Assembly (NCBI GenBank): GCA_964427405.1
Contig: CAYRUB010000001.1
Location: 16,534 to 80,533, forward strand
Direction of reading: 5' to 3'
Length of the DNA stretch: 64,000 bases
Origin: an uncultured Planctomycetales bacterium
GTDB lineage: Bacteria > Omnitrophota > Gorgyraeia > Gygaellales > Profunditerraquicolaceae
In this document: positions 21,836 through 31,201 of the stretch, piece after piece
Layout of the letters: the number at the start of each line of letters is the position of its first letter
How positions within the stretch are numbered: position 1 is the first letter of the stretch
Made by a program: the position numbers and the translations under genes
The notes under the pieces: model-generated
What the model saw: the letters and a program-made list of their open reading frames with translations, nothing else
Database searches by the model: none
What the model was told of the DNA's origin: nothing

Positions 21836-23062
21836 TTAGCCTCGTTTATTTAACCCAAATTCTTCGTGTAATTTCTTAACCGCGGTTTCAGCGAATTTCT
21901 TCTTTATGATACAGGATATGCTGATATCAGAAGTCGAGATCATTTCAATATTAATATTATTGTCGGACATTATCCCGAACATCTTTGCCGCAACGCCATG
22001 ATGGGATTTCATCCCTACCCCTACGATAGAGACCCGGGCAATATCCTCATCAAGCAGGACATCGCTTGAGCCTATTTTTTTGGCTACTGCTTTGGTAATT
22101 TTACTGGCCTTGGCGCTATCGGCCTTAGCAATAGTAAAAGATATATCGGTTAAGCGGGTATGGCTTACATTCTGTACGATCATATCTACGCTTACCCCGG
22201 CAACAGCCAGATCCTGAAATAACCTGACTGCTACTCCTGGTTTATCGGAAACTCCGCAGAGGGTAATTTTAGCCTGGTTCTTATTTAAAGTTATGCCGCT
22301 TACGACCACTTCTTCCATCATCTTTACCTCCTTAATAATCATTGTTCCGGTCTTAGTTGAGAATGATGAACGCACATGTAAAGGTACATTAAATTTTTTG
22401 GCAACCTCAATTGAGCGGGCCTGCATCACCTGGGCGCCGAGGGAGGCCATTTCAAGCATCTCATCATAAGTAATCTCTTTAATTTTTCTGGCTTTTGGTT
22501 CAATGCGCGGATCAGTAGTATAAATACCTTCCACATCGGTGTAAATCTCGCAGGATCCGGCAGCAAGTTCTTTTGCCAGGGCAACTGCGGTTAAATCCGA
22601 ACCACCCCTGCCTAAAGTAGTAATATCCTGGTTCAAAGTTACGCCCTGGAAACCGGCGACTATAACTATTTTTCCTTTTTTTAACTCTTCTTTAATTTTA
22701 TCCGCGTTAATTTTAATAATCCTGGCCCGGGTATGGCTTGTATCGGTGATAATCCCGACCTGGGCGCCGGTAAATGAAATCGCCTGTGCCCCTAATTTAT
22801 GAATAGCCATTGCCAGGAGAGCTACGGAAATTTGCTCTCCGGTTGAAAGCAGCATGTCCATTTCTCTTTCTGAAGGATCGGAATTAATTTTATCCGCTAA
22901 CTCGACTAATTCATCAGTCGTGTCTCCTAATGCGGAAACCACAACTACCAGCTGATAACCTTTTTTCTGATAGCTGACTACTCTTTCTGCCACCTTTTGA
23001 ATACGTTCTACGTTGGCTACGGATGAACCTCCGTATTTTTGGACAACTAAACCTTTACTCAT
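21836..23062 (-). CDS. lysC: Aspartate kinase
   Basis: A true start at MSKGLVVQKYGGSSV gives about 408 aa. The upstream extension in the track ORF is the leader translated in frame. C-terminal ACT domains are present. Confidence 0.9.
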   Translation of the reverse strand: MSKGLVVQKYGGSSVANVERIQKVAERVVSYQKKGYQLVVVVSALGDTTDELVELADKINSDPSEREMDMLLSTGEQISVALLAMAIHKLGAQAISFTGAQVGIITDTSHTRARIIKINADKIKEELKKGKIVIVAGFQGVTLNQDITTLGRGGSDLTAVALAKELAAGSCEIYTDVEGIYTTDPRIEPKARKIKEITYDEMLEMASLGAQVMQARSIEVAKKFNVPLHVRSSFSTKTGTMIIKEVKMMEEVVVSGITLNKNQAKITLCGVSDKPGVAVRLFQDLAVAGVSVDMIVQNVSHTRLTDISFTIAKADSAKASKITKAVAKKIGSSDVLLDEDIARVSIVGVGMKSHHGVAAKMFGIMSDNNINIEMISTSDISISCIIKKKFAETAVKKLHEEFGLNKRG

Positions 23063-23168
23063 TACTTGTTCTCCTTGCCCAGAAGGGCACACCCGCGCAA
23101 TTGCGCTACATAGCGCACACCGACGCAATACCTATTAGCGTCGGGTGATTGTTAACGGCGGGGTGTTT
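23063..23168 (-). promoter_or_regulatory. Conserved structured 5' leader upstream of lysC (copy 3 of 3); overlaps the 3' end of apgM
   Basis: mRNA sense: ACACCCCGCCG...CACCCGACGC-uaauagguauu-GCGUCGGUGUG, GCGC-uaugua-GCGC, GCGGGUGUG, then CCC-UUCU-GGG, then CAAGGAG and AUG. Confidence 0.45.
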
Positions 23169-24361
23169 AGTATAAGATATTCCATAAGCTGGTATCCATT
23201 TTCGAAATATAAATCGGATTTCTGCGCTTCCTTCTCGTTATAAGCAAGAAAATCCTTTTTAGGTATATCTTTGCCGTAGATCGCAAATGGTATCGCATCG
23301 GAGATATGGGTTTTTAGAGAAATTGGAGTAGCGTGATCCGGCAATACCAAAATACGGAAATCTTCCCTATTTTCACAATATTTCAAGAAAGGGCCTACTA
23401 TTAATTGGTCAAAACGTTCAATCGCCGTAAGTTTTTCCCTCAAGTCTCCATTATGCCCGGCTTCATCAGGGGCCTCCACGTGTACAAAAACGAAATCATT
23501 CTTGTCTAAAGATTTAATTCCCGCTTTGGCTTTGCCTGCATAATTAGTATCATAATAACCTGTAGCTCCAGGTACATTGATGACATTTAAACCAAGGATG
23601 CGGCCTAATCCTTTAATCAGGTCAACCGCCGAGATCACGCTTCCCGTAAGGCCAAACTTATCTATAAATTTAGGTATATTTGGTTTCTTGCCTTGCCCCC
23701 AAAGCCAGATCATGTTTGCCGGGTTTTCTTTCAAATCCAGGCGCACGTGGTTAATTTCATGGCCGGAGAGAATTTCCCGTGAATCCCGCATAAGTTTTAT
23801 AATTATATCCGCATTTTCACCTTTAGGCAGATTTTTGTTTATGTTTTGCCCTGAAATATCATGCGGCGCACGGCATTTCAGATTTTCAAGTTTTAACTCT
23901 GACCCGCGCTTGACTAAAAGCAGGTGCCTGTAACTTACCCCGGAAAAAAAGCGCATTTTATTGGTACCCAGCTTTTGATCAAGGAATTTAATCAGCTTCT
24001 CGGCTTCCCTGGATTTAATGTGCCCGGCGCTGTAATCGAGCAAGGTATCGCTTCCTGCGGTGATTAAGTTGCAGCGGAAGGCAACATCATCTTCCTCTAA
24101 TTCAACGCCCAGATTCGCAGCCTCCAGGGGCCCCCTGCCCGAATAATATTTTTTTGGATCATATCCTAAAATAGAAAGATTGGCCACGTCGGATGCCGGG
24201 GTCATTTTTTCAGGTATGGTTTTGGCCTGGCCAAGTTGACCGTTTTTGGCAATAAAATCCATATTCGGTGTACGCGCCGCCTCCAAAGGCGTACGCATAC
24301 CCAGCTCCTCTATGGGGTAATCCGCCATGCCATCTCCCACCAAAACAATATATTTTGCCAT
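23135..24361 (-). CDS. apgM: 2,3-bisphosphoglycerate-independent phosphoglycerate mutase, archaeal type (ApgM)
   Basis: 408 aa of the archaeal-type iPGM family in the alkaline-phosphatase superfamily (metal-binding DHAT, HVEAPDEAGH). Confidence 0.8.
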   Translation of the reverse strand: MAKYIVLVGDGMADYPIEELGMRTPLEAARTPNMDFIAKNGQLGQAKTIPEKMTPASDVANLSILGYDPKKYYSGRGPLEAANLGVELEEDDVAFRCNLITAGSDTLLDYSAGHIKSREAEKLIKFLDQKLGTNKMRFFSGVSYRHLLLVKRGSELKLENLKCRAPHDISGQNINKNLPKGENADIIIKLMRDSREILSGHEINHVRLDLKENPANMIWLWGQGKKPNIPKFIDKFGLTGSVISAVDLIKGLGRILGLNVINVPGATGYYDTNYAGKAKAGIKSLDKNDFVFVHVEAPDEAGHNGDLREKLTAIERFDQLIVGPFLKYCENREDFRILVLPDHATPISLKTHISDAIPFAIYGKDIPKKDFLAYNEKEAQKSDLYFENGYQLMEYLILNTPPLTITRR

Positions 24362-24362
24362 A

Positions 24363-25007
24363 CTAGAACTCCATAACTATTTTTGATAAATAATCCGCCA
24401 TTGTTGATTTACTCAAAAAAGGCCCGTATTTATCCGTACCATCTGATATGTAAGCCTGATAAGCCTTATTCGTATTAGAATTGGCAACTACTAAATCCAG
24501 ATTTGCCTGTTTAAGCAGCCTATTGCCTTTTTCAATCAGCATCTTCTTTCCTGCTTCGGGCTCAAATTTGAAACCCACGGTAATTAATCCGGTATCGTAA
24601 TCCTTTAAGTTGTTTATCAATTTCTTCGCAGGAACCAAATTGATTTTCCAATTATCAAGCCGCGAACTAACTTTGTGATGCTTTGTTTTTTCGGGTAGAT
24701 AATCCGCAACTGCCGCGGCATGAATAACCGCTTTGTATTTTCTTTTTTTTAGCTCATCTTTCAAAAGTTGTTCGAGCTCTGAAAAATACTTAAAGTTGAT
24801 TATTCTTACGCCTGAAATCCTCGATGCGCAAAAATCACCCGGGCCAAGCAATAATGTAACCTTGGCGCCAATCCTTTTAAATTTATTCGCCAGTATAAAT
24901 CCGGTCTGGCCGCTTGCGATATTACTGATTACTCTGACCTTATCAATAGGCACCCAGGTAGAACCGGCAGTAATCAGGATATTATTTTTAGTAACCAATT
25001 TCTTCAA
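24363..25007 (-). CDS. coaB: Stand-alone phosphopantothenate-cysteine ligase (CoaB domain)
   Basis: 214 aa; matches the CoaB half of bacterial Dfp (ILITAGSTWVPIDKVRVISNIASGQTGF..VTLLLGP); no CoaC domain. Confidence 0.7.
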   Translation of the reverse strand: MKKLVTKNNILITAGSTWVPIDKVRVISNIASGQTGFILANKFKRIGAKVTLLLGPGDFCASRISGVRIINFKYFSELEQLLKDELKKRKYKAVIHAAAVADYLPEKTKHHKVSSRLDNWKINLVPAKKLINNLKDYDTGLITVGFKFEPEAGKKMLIEKGNRLLKQANLDLVVANSNTNKAYQAYISDGTDKYGPFLSKSTMADYLSKIVMEF

Positions 25008-26055
25008 TTATTGATTTTAAATTTGCGGCCATAACTTTAGGCGGCTTTACTGTTTTAATCGCCCTCTCCGGGTCTTTTAGCCCATGCCCGGTTAATATAC
25101 ACACAATCCTGCATTTTTTATTCTTGAAATAACCCTTTTTGATTAATTTCAACAGGCCGGCAATAGAAGCTGCTGAAGCCGGTTCCGCAAAAACACCTTC
25201 TTTAAGTGCTAGAATTTTATAAGCCTGTAAAATCTCTGTATCCGAAACCATATCAATTAAGCCTTTTGATTCATCGCGTGCTTCTACCGCTGTTTTCCAA
25301 CTTGCCGGGTTACCGATACGTATGGCAGTGGCGATAGTCTCAGGATTTTTAACCGGTTTATTCCTTACAATAGGGGCAGCTCCTTTTGCCTGGAAGCCTA
25401 ACATAACCGGAAGTTTCCCGCTTAACCCTAAAGCTTTATATTGTTTATACCCTTTCCAATAGGCGGTAATATTGCCCGCGTTTCCTACCGGCATGCACTG
25501 AAAATCCGGGGCATCCCCAAGATAGCCGCAGATTTCAAAGCTTGCTGTTTTCTGGCCTTCAATACGGTAAGGATTCAGCGAATTCACCAGTTTTACAGGA
25601 TAATGCTGAGCGATCTCTTTGACTAAATCCAGGGCATCGTCAAAGTTTCCTTTAATCGCCAATACTTTTGCGCCATGAATTAATGCCTGGCTGAGTTTTC
25701 CTAATGCAATTGCTCCACTGGGAATGAGCACAATGCATTTTATTCCGGCACGTGCCGCATAAGCAGCGGCAGAAGCCGAAGTATTCCCGGTAGAAGCGCA
25801 GATGACCGCGCTAGCTTTTTCTTCGCAGGCCTTGGATATTGCTAAAGTCATCCCCCTGTCTTTAAAAGAACCGGTAGGGTTAAGCCCTTCGTATTTTAAA
25901 TAAACTTCCGCTTTCCTGCCAACTAGTTTACTTAGGTAACCGGCATAAATTAATGGAGTATTGCCTTCATTTAAAGTTATCACCGGAGTTTTCTCGGTGA
26001 CAGGCAGTAGTTTTCTGTATCTTTGTATTATCCCTTTATATGCTTTTTCGCTCAC
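24988..26055 (-). CDS. thrC: Threonine synthase
   Basis: 355 aa; PLP lysine motif GSFKDRG. Confidence 0.9.
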   Translation of the reverse strand: MSEKAYKGIIQRYRKLLPVTEKTPVITLNEGNTPLIYAGYLSKLVGRKAEVYLKYEGLNPTGSFKDRGMTLAISKACEEKASAVICASTGNTSASAAAYAARAGIKCIVLIPSGAIALGKLSQALIHGAKVLAIKGNFDDALDLVKEIAQHYPVKLVNSLNPYRIEGQKTASFEICGYLGDAPDFQCMPVGNAGNITAYWKGYKQYKALGLSGKLPVMLGFQAKGAAPIVRNKPVKNPETIATAIRIGNPASWKTAVEARDESKGLIDMVSDTEILQAYKILALKEGVFAEPASAASIAGLLKLIKKGYFKNKKCRIVCILTGHGLKDPERAIKTVKPPKVMAANLKSIIEEIGY

Positions 26056-27350
26056 TAAACACCTTCTATTCTTATGGCTACGGATTTTTCTTTAATATCT
26101 TTTAATTTATCAATCATCTTTAAGGCACCGCGCAGATTTTTTTCTTTTACTTCATGCGTCACCATGACTACCGGGACAACCTGGGATTTTAATCTTTCCT
26201 TTTGGGTGACGGAAGCAATGCTGATACCAAACTTTGCCAGGATTCCGGCTATTTTAGCTAATACGCCGGGTTTATCAACCGCCATAATACGGATATAATA
26301 TTTATTTTCAAACTCGTTGATTTGGCGTAACCCTTTAATCGAACCATCTTCAATAGAGTTAAGGGTGGGCCGGAACAAGCCAGCCTTGATATCCTGGGTC
26401 AGGTCAACGATATCCGAGACAACTGCCGAGGCAGCGGATAACTGCCCTGCTCCCGGGCCGTAAAACATCAGGTCTCCAGCCAAGTCGCTTGAGACATAGA
26501 TAGCATTGAAAACTCCGTCGACTGAAGAAAGCAGGTGTTCAGAAGGCAAGAAAGTAGGATGCACGCGCACCTCTAATTCATCAGCCTCCTTTTTAACGAT
26601 AGCCAATAATTTTATTTTGTATCCTAAATCTTTGGCATAAGCAATATCGGAAGCGGATATTTGTGAAATGCCTTCAATAAAAATGTCCTTTAAGCTGACG
26701 ATCTTGCCGAATGCCAGATAAGTAAGTAATACCAGCTTGTGCGCGGAGTCAATGCCTTCAATATCAAAGGTGGGGTCTTTTTCGGCAAATCCCTTTTCTT
26801 TAGCTGCCTTGATTGCAGAAGCCAAAGAACAATTATCTTTAGACATCCGGGTAAGCACATAATTCGAGGTTCCGTTTACGATACCGAAAATAGAGGTGAA
26901 TTTGTTTGCGACTAAACCCTCTTTTATTGATTTTATAATAGGGATCCCCGCTCCCACAGAAGCCTCAAAATAAATATTTTTCCCCCGTTCATTGGCAACC
27001 GCGAATAGCTCGTTGCCATGCTCGGCAAGCAAGGCTTTATTGGCAGTAACCACATGTTTGCCTTTTTTTAAAGCAGCTAAAATAAATTCTTTAGCCGGGT
27101 TGATACCACCTATTAACTCTACGATGATGTCAATTTGAGGGTCATTGATAATTTCGTTGACATCGCGGCTAAGGCAGTTTTTATCTACGGAAACATCCCT
27201 CTTTAGTGTTAAATCCTTATCGCATATTCTTTTAATCACGATTTCAATACCAATCTTCTGAGCAAGTAAAGATCTCCTCTGCTGCAGGATTTTAACCACT
27301 CCGCAACCAATATTGCCAAAACCAATAAGCCCGACATTAATCTTTCTCAT
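26055..27350 (-). CDS. hom: Homoserine dehydrogenase
   Basis: 431 aa; NAD-binding GFGNIG, catalytic domain, and a C-terminal ACT domain. Confidence 0.9.
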   Translation of the reverse strand: MRKINVGLIGFGNIGCGVVKILQQRRSLLAQKIGIEIVIKRICDKDLTLKRDVSVDKNCLSRDVNEIINDPQIDIIVELIGGINPAKEFILAALKKGKHVVTANKALLAEHGNELFAVANERGKNIYFEASVGAGIPIIKSIKEGLVANKFTSIFGIVNGTSNYVLTRMSKDNCSLASAIKAAKEKGFAEKDPTFDIEGIDSAHKLVLLTYLAFGKIVSLKDIFIEGISQISASDIAYAKDLGYKIKLLAIVKKEADELEVRVHPTFLPSEHLLSSVDGVFNAIYVSSDLAGDLMFYGPGAGQLSAASAVVSDIVDLTQDIKAGLFRPTLNSIEDGSIKGLRQINEFENKYYIRIMAVDKPGVLAKIAGILAKFGISIASVTQKERLKSQVVPVVMVTHEVKEKNLRGALKMIDKLKDIKEKSVAIRIEGV

Positions 27351-27353
27351 AAA

Positions 27354-27713
27354 TTACCCTTTCTTGCTCTTTATGTAATAGCCTACCGTATCACCAATTA
27401 CCCTGCGATGCCTTTCGTCGATCGCCAAAAAAACCAGCCGCGTGTCATAAATTACATCTTTACTAATCTCTTTTGATTCCAGTACCTTGCCAATAAGCAT
27501 AATTGAATTAGGGTCAAAAGGCAGGCGGATCTCAAGAGCTAAATTAGTACCAGGCGTAAAAGGACAGTTAGTGGTAAGCAGCATTCCGCCTAAGCTTAAG
27601 TTTTTAGTTTGCGTTATATCATTATTGCCATTATTCTCCATGACTCTATAGGAAACAATAAAGCGACCATCCGCACGGGGATTTTTTCTTTTTTCCGGGC
27701 CTGAGTAGCTCAT
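27354..27713 (-). CDS. PilZ-domain protein (c-di-GMP binding)
   Basis: 119 aa; RKNPR ... NLSLGGML motifs. Confidence 0.6.
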   Translation of the reverse strand: MSYSGPEKRKNPRADGRFIVSYRVMENNGNNDITQTKNLSLGGMLLTTNCPFTPGTNLALEIRLPFDPNSIMLIGKVLESKEISKDVIYDTRLVFLAIDERHRRVIGDTVGYYIKSKKG

Positions 27714-28472
27714 TTACGCATCCTCCTTTTTAGGTCTATCTGGATCATTCTTAATAAGCCATTCAACGTAATCGCAAAGTAACTTGCTCTCTTCATCCTT
27801 TAGGTCAATAAATTCCACACGGGTAAGGAATGTTCCGGTTGCGGTTTCCAAGTTTGCCAATTTTAACGCGCTGGATTCTATAACCCTGCCGCGGATACGC
27901 AGAGGCTCATAAGGATGCGAAGGCAATTTTATCATAAAATCAATTTTATCCGCGCAGGCATAGCTGGAAGTAAAAACCATTCCCGTTTTACTAAGATTTC
28001 TGACCGTAGTAATATCCCATTTTTCTACTACGCCGAGATAGTTTTGTATGCCATAACTGACTATTAGACTTTTATATATACGTTCTGCTTTTCTCTTATC
28101 ATTATTCGAAGATACCGGGTTCCCGGAAGATTTTTGGCTTAAGAACCAGGTAACATAATCTCTTATGAGATTTATCTGCGCATCGCTAATAGAAGTAAAC
28201 TTTAAGCGTGTTAAAAAAGTTTTGCCTATATAGGGGCGCGAATCAACCACGCTGCCCTTGGTTTCCATCCAATTGTACGGATCAAGAGGAATTTTAAACA
28301 TTAGCAGTATAATTTCACCTGTCTGGAATTGCTTATTTGTGTCAAACGATATCCCTGATTCGCTTACATCTTTAATAAAAGAAACATTCCAGTTATCTTT
28401 ACTGCCTATCTCCGGAGAATACCTGACCGTCAGGGGTTTTACTATGCGTACGGATTTTCTTTTCTCTTCCAT
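27714..28472 (-). CDS. Tandem PilZ-domain protein
   Basis: 252 aa; two RxxxR/DxSxxG pairs (KRKSVRI...DVSESGISF and KRKAERI...NLSKTGMVF). Confidence 0.7.
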   Translation of the reverse strand: MEEKRKSVRIVKPLTVRYSPEIGSKDNWNVSFIKDVSESGISFDTNKQFQTGEIILLMFKIPLDPYNWMETKGSVVDSRPYIGKTFLTRLKFTSISDAQINLIRDYVTWFLSQKSSGNPVSSNNDKRKAERIYKSLIVSYGIQNYLGVVEKWDITTVRNLSKTGMVFTSSYACADKIDFMIKLPSHPYEPLRIRGRVIESSALKLANLETATGTFLTRVEFIDLKDEESKLLCDYVEWLIKNDPDRPKKEDA

Positions 28473-28486
28473 AGCCTGCTCTCCAG

Positions 28487-28510
28487 TTTAATCCTTGCTC
28501 GCAAGGATTA
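28487..28510. repeat. Perfect palindrome TTAATCCTTGC-TC-GCAAGGATTAA
   Basis: Inverted repeat with 11-bp arms between the PilZ gene start and tRNA-Pro; either an operator or a tRNA 3' hairpin. Confidence 0.6.
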
Positions 28511-28565
28511 AATTCGACCAAAGACTTATGTCGCTGTCGTTCCGTAAGTCGTGGTCTCATTTAAG

Positions 28566-28639
28566 TCGGGGCGACAGGACTTGAACCTGTGACCTCAGCG
28601 TCCCGAACGCTGCGCTCTACCAAACTGAGCCACGCCCCG
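28566..28639 (-). tRNA. tRNA-Pro (anticodon CGG)
   Basis: Manual fold: 7-bp acceptor CGGGGCG/CGCCCCG, D-arm GCTCAGTTTGGTAGAGC, anticodon loop TTCGGGA, T-loop GGTTCAAGTCC. Confidence 0.85.
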
Positions 28640-28648
28640 TATTACCAA

Positions 28649-29668
28649 CTACTCTTCTTTACTTTTTCTCGTCATTAAATCTTTTACCACCTGACGAGGG
28701 GATTTATTTAAATAAATCAACCGATATACCTCTCTTGTTATTGGCATATCTACTTTATATTTCAAGCTTAAAGCATGAGCGGATTTTGCGGTAGAAACCC
28801 CTTCCGCAACCATCTGCATATTTCTGCAAATTTGTTTTAAGGTCTTACCTTTACCAATCTGTTCTCCCACGAATCGATTACGGCTTTGCCTGCTTATACA
28901 GGTTGTAACCAGGTCTCCTAATCCGCTGATTCCGCTAAAAGTTTCTAATTTCGCCCCCATAGCTTTTCCCAGCCTTGATATCTCTGCAAGCCCGCGGGAC
29001 AGGATAGCCGCTTTAGTATTGGTACCAAACCCTAACCCATCAGATACGCCACAGGCAATGGCAATTACGTTTTTTAGGCTGCCTCCCAATTCCACTCCTA
29101 TAACATCAGGATTAGTATACACCCTGAATCTTTCAGTACTAAATACTTCCTGTATGGTTTTACGTATCCTTATATCGTGTGATGCGGCCACTATAGTAGT
29201 AGGTATGCCTTTAGCTACCTCTTGAGCAATGGTCGGACCGGATAATACAGCAAATTTTACCGGACCAAGTGTTGCGTGAATAATTTCAGAGATCCTCTTG
29301 GAAGAGCCCATCTCTATTCCCTTGGTGACGCTTAGAAAGACAGTTTCTTTGGAGAAACTACCTTTAATTTTCTTTAATACTCCTCTTGTATATTGAGCAG
29401 GAATAGCTAAAACTACTATCTCTTTATCGGTAACCGCAGTTTTGATATTGCTGGTTATCTGAATATCTTTTGGAATCTTGATCCCCGGCAAGAATTTGGA
29501 ATTAAGCCGGGTTTTAACCATTAGTTTAGTATAATTTTCAAAAGCGCCCCAAAGCGTAACCGGATAACTTTTAGTAGAAAGCAGGACTGCCAGAGTTGTA
29601 CCCCAACCGCCATCGCCTAATACCGCTATACGCAATTTATTCATGATTAGCCTTAAAGTCCCTTTCAA
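28649..29668 (-). CDS. gpsA: NAD(P)H-dependent glycerol-3-phosphate dehydrogenase
   Basis: 339 aa; IAVLGDGGWGTTLA Rossmann motif; the likely true start is the internal MNKLRIAV. Confidence 0.9.
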   Translation of the reverse strand: MKGTLRLIMNKLRIAVLGDGGWGTTLAVLLSTKSYPVTLWGAFENYTKLMVKTRLNSKFLPGIKIPKDIQITSNIKTAVTDKEIVVLAIPAQYTRGVLKKIKGSFSKETVFLSVTKGIEMGSSKRISEIIHATLGPVKFAVLSGPTIAQEVAKGIPTTIVAASHDIRIRKTIQEVFSTERFRVYTNPDVIGVELGGSLKNVIAIACGVSDGLGFGTNTKAAILSRGLAEISRLGKAMGAKLETFSGISGLGDLVTTCISRQSRNRFVGEQIGKGKTLKQICRNMQMVAEGVSTAKSAHALSLKYKVDMPITREVYRLIYLNKSPRQVVKDLMTRKSKEE

Positions 29669-30047
29669 AGAAATAAGTCTGAGGATAAATGTTACCGAAA
29701 TTTTTTTCCTCTCTCGTTATAAACCTTACTCCAATGTTATAGGTTCCGACCTCCTCCGGCTCAACCCTGGTAACATTTCCGATTATCCCATTTTGATAAA
29801 TAAGCACTCGTTTCTCCAGCTCTCTGCAAAAATCCAATGTGGCGCGGTCGAAAGAAAGCCATAACACATCATCCGGGCTTACCTTTTCACGAATGCTGCA
29901 GGATATCCCGGACTGGCTGATATTTACGGAGTATCCGGCACAAAGCTTAGAAATAGTCTCTTTATTGCAAATCTTAAAACCCAAAGGCGCGGAATATTCT
30001 AATCGCGTAAATGAGCGCCGTTCATCTTGAGCGTAGTTATTATCCAT
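29637..30047 (-). CDS. PilZ-domain protein
   Basis: 136 aa; ERRSFTR ... NISQSGI motifs. Confidence 0.6.
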   Translation of the reverse strand: MDNNYAQDERRSFTRLEYSAPLGFKICNKETISKLCAGYSVNISQSGISCSIREKVSPDDVLWLSFDRATLDFCRELEKRVLIYQNGIIGNVTRVEPEEVGTYNIGVRFITREEKNFGNIYPQTYFFERDFKANHE

Positions 30048-30797
30048 TTATTTTATAACCAAATTATTTTTGTTTGTTCTTAACTTTGCCAGGTCCCAGG
30101 CGTAATCATAAAGATGCAGCCCCTTGCTTACCGCTATGATCTCTCCGTCTTCTACGCCAATCTCCTCCGCCATATACTGTTTTACCAACTGTAATCCTCC
30201 CAGGTTTGAGGGAAAACCTCCCCAAAGATCCCAGGATCGGAAATAAAGAATAAAATGTAATTTTCCATAACGCAGCCGCGTGTCAATCAACCTTAAGCAG
30301 GGTGGATCAACTAATTTTATATCGGAAGGCATACCGATTTCCATGACCGCCTGGTTAGTTCCCGGCCCCTTTTCCCTGTACATCTTAATTACTTCTTCTA
30401 TTTGATTAACGTTTAACGGCATTTCACAGGTTAAGTCTTTGCCATTTATGTTTTGCTTGATTCTAACCTTTGGATCAACCAACCTTTCTCCATAGGTGTA
30501 ATCTTCGGTTTCTGTCTTTGCCCCGGTAAGCAGGTAGCTTAAATAACCCTGTATATAATCCATATCCGTTGGAGCTGGTATACTCATTCCTTCCGGTATA
30601 ATCGGTATTATCTGATGGGCCGGCTTACGTACTCTTACTGTAACAAAATCAAACTCCAGGCGCTTCTGGCCTTCATAACTGCCGCGGGTAATTGTATACG
30701 CATGGCCTTTATCCAGTATTGCCGACAGACACTGGAACCAGGCATCGTCCAGGTCAAAGGCATCTATATGTACAGGTTTTAAGAATTCTTCGCTCAT
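30048..30797 (-). CDS. Thymidylate synthase-fold protein, short archaeal-like form (ThyA / dNMP hydroxymethylase family)
   Basis: 249 aa. PPCLRL is comparable to the PCH catalytic-Cys motif, YFRSWDLWGGFPSNLGGLQLV to [21 protein letters not shown], and GEIIAVSKGLHLYDY to GEFIH..GDAHIY. Confidence 0.6.
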   Translation of the reverse strand: MSEEFLKPVHIDAFDLDDAWFQCLSAILDKGHAYTITRGSYEGQKRLEFDFVTVRVRKPAHQIIPIIPEGMSIPAPTDMDYIQGYLSYLLTGAKTETEDYTYGERLVDPKVRIKQNINGKDLTCEMPLNVNQIEEVIKMYREKGPGTNQAVMEIGMPSDIKLVDPPCLRLIDTRLRYGKLHFILYFRSWDLWGGFPSNLGGLQLVKQYMAEEIGVEDGEIIAVSKGLHLYDYAWDLAKLRTNKNNLVIK

Positions 30798-31192
30798 TCT
30801 ACAGGTTCTTCCCCGTTTTTAGCATTTTTTGTGAATTGTTTAAAAGTGGTTATAATCTGTGCCACGGGCATATTCTTTCCAATATATCCGGAACATCCAA
30901 ATTCCTTTGACTTGCTTATCAGGTCTTCATTGTAACCAAAACCGGTAATCATAATTACCGGAAGGCTTTTATTGCTATCCCGGATATTTTTAAGCACCTC
31001 TAACCCGCTTATCCCGGGAAGTTTAATATCCAGAAGCACGACATCAAAGGTATCTTTTTTAAACTGCTCCAGAGCTTCTTCACCTGTGCTGCAAATAGAC
31101 ACCTTACAATCCTCTCTTTTTAGTAAATCATTTAAGAGGTCTCTTACCGGTGCTTCATCATCAACTACTAAGACTTTATAAAGCATATGCAC
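30794..31192 (-). CDS. Single-domain response regulator (CheY-like receiver)
   Basis: 132 aa; VLVVDDE ... LLDIKLPGISG ... the motif containing the phospho-acceptor Asp. Confidence 0.85.
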   Translation of the reverse strand: MHMLYKVLVVDDEAPVRDLLNDLLKREDCKVSICSTGEEALEQFKKDTFDVVLLDIKLPGISGLEVLKNIRDSNKSLPVIMITGFGYNEDLISKSKEFGCSGYIGKNMPVAQIITTFKQFTKNAKNGEEPVE

Positions 31193-31201
31193 TCCTCTTT
31201 T

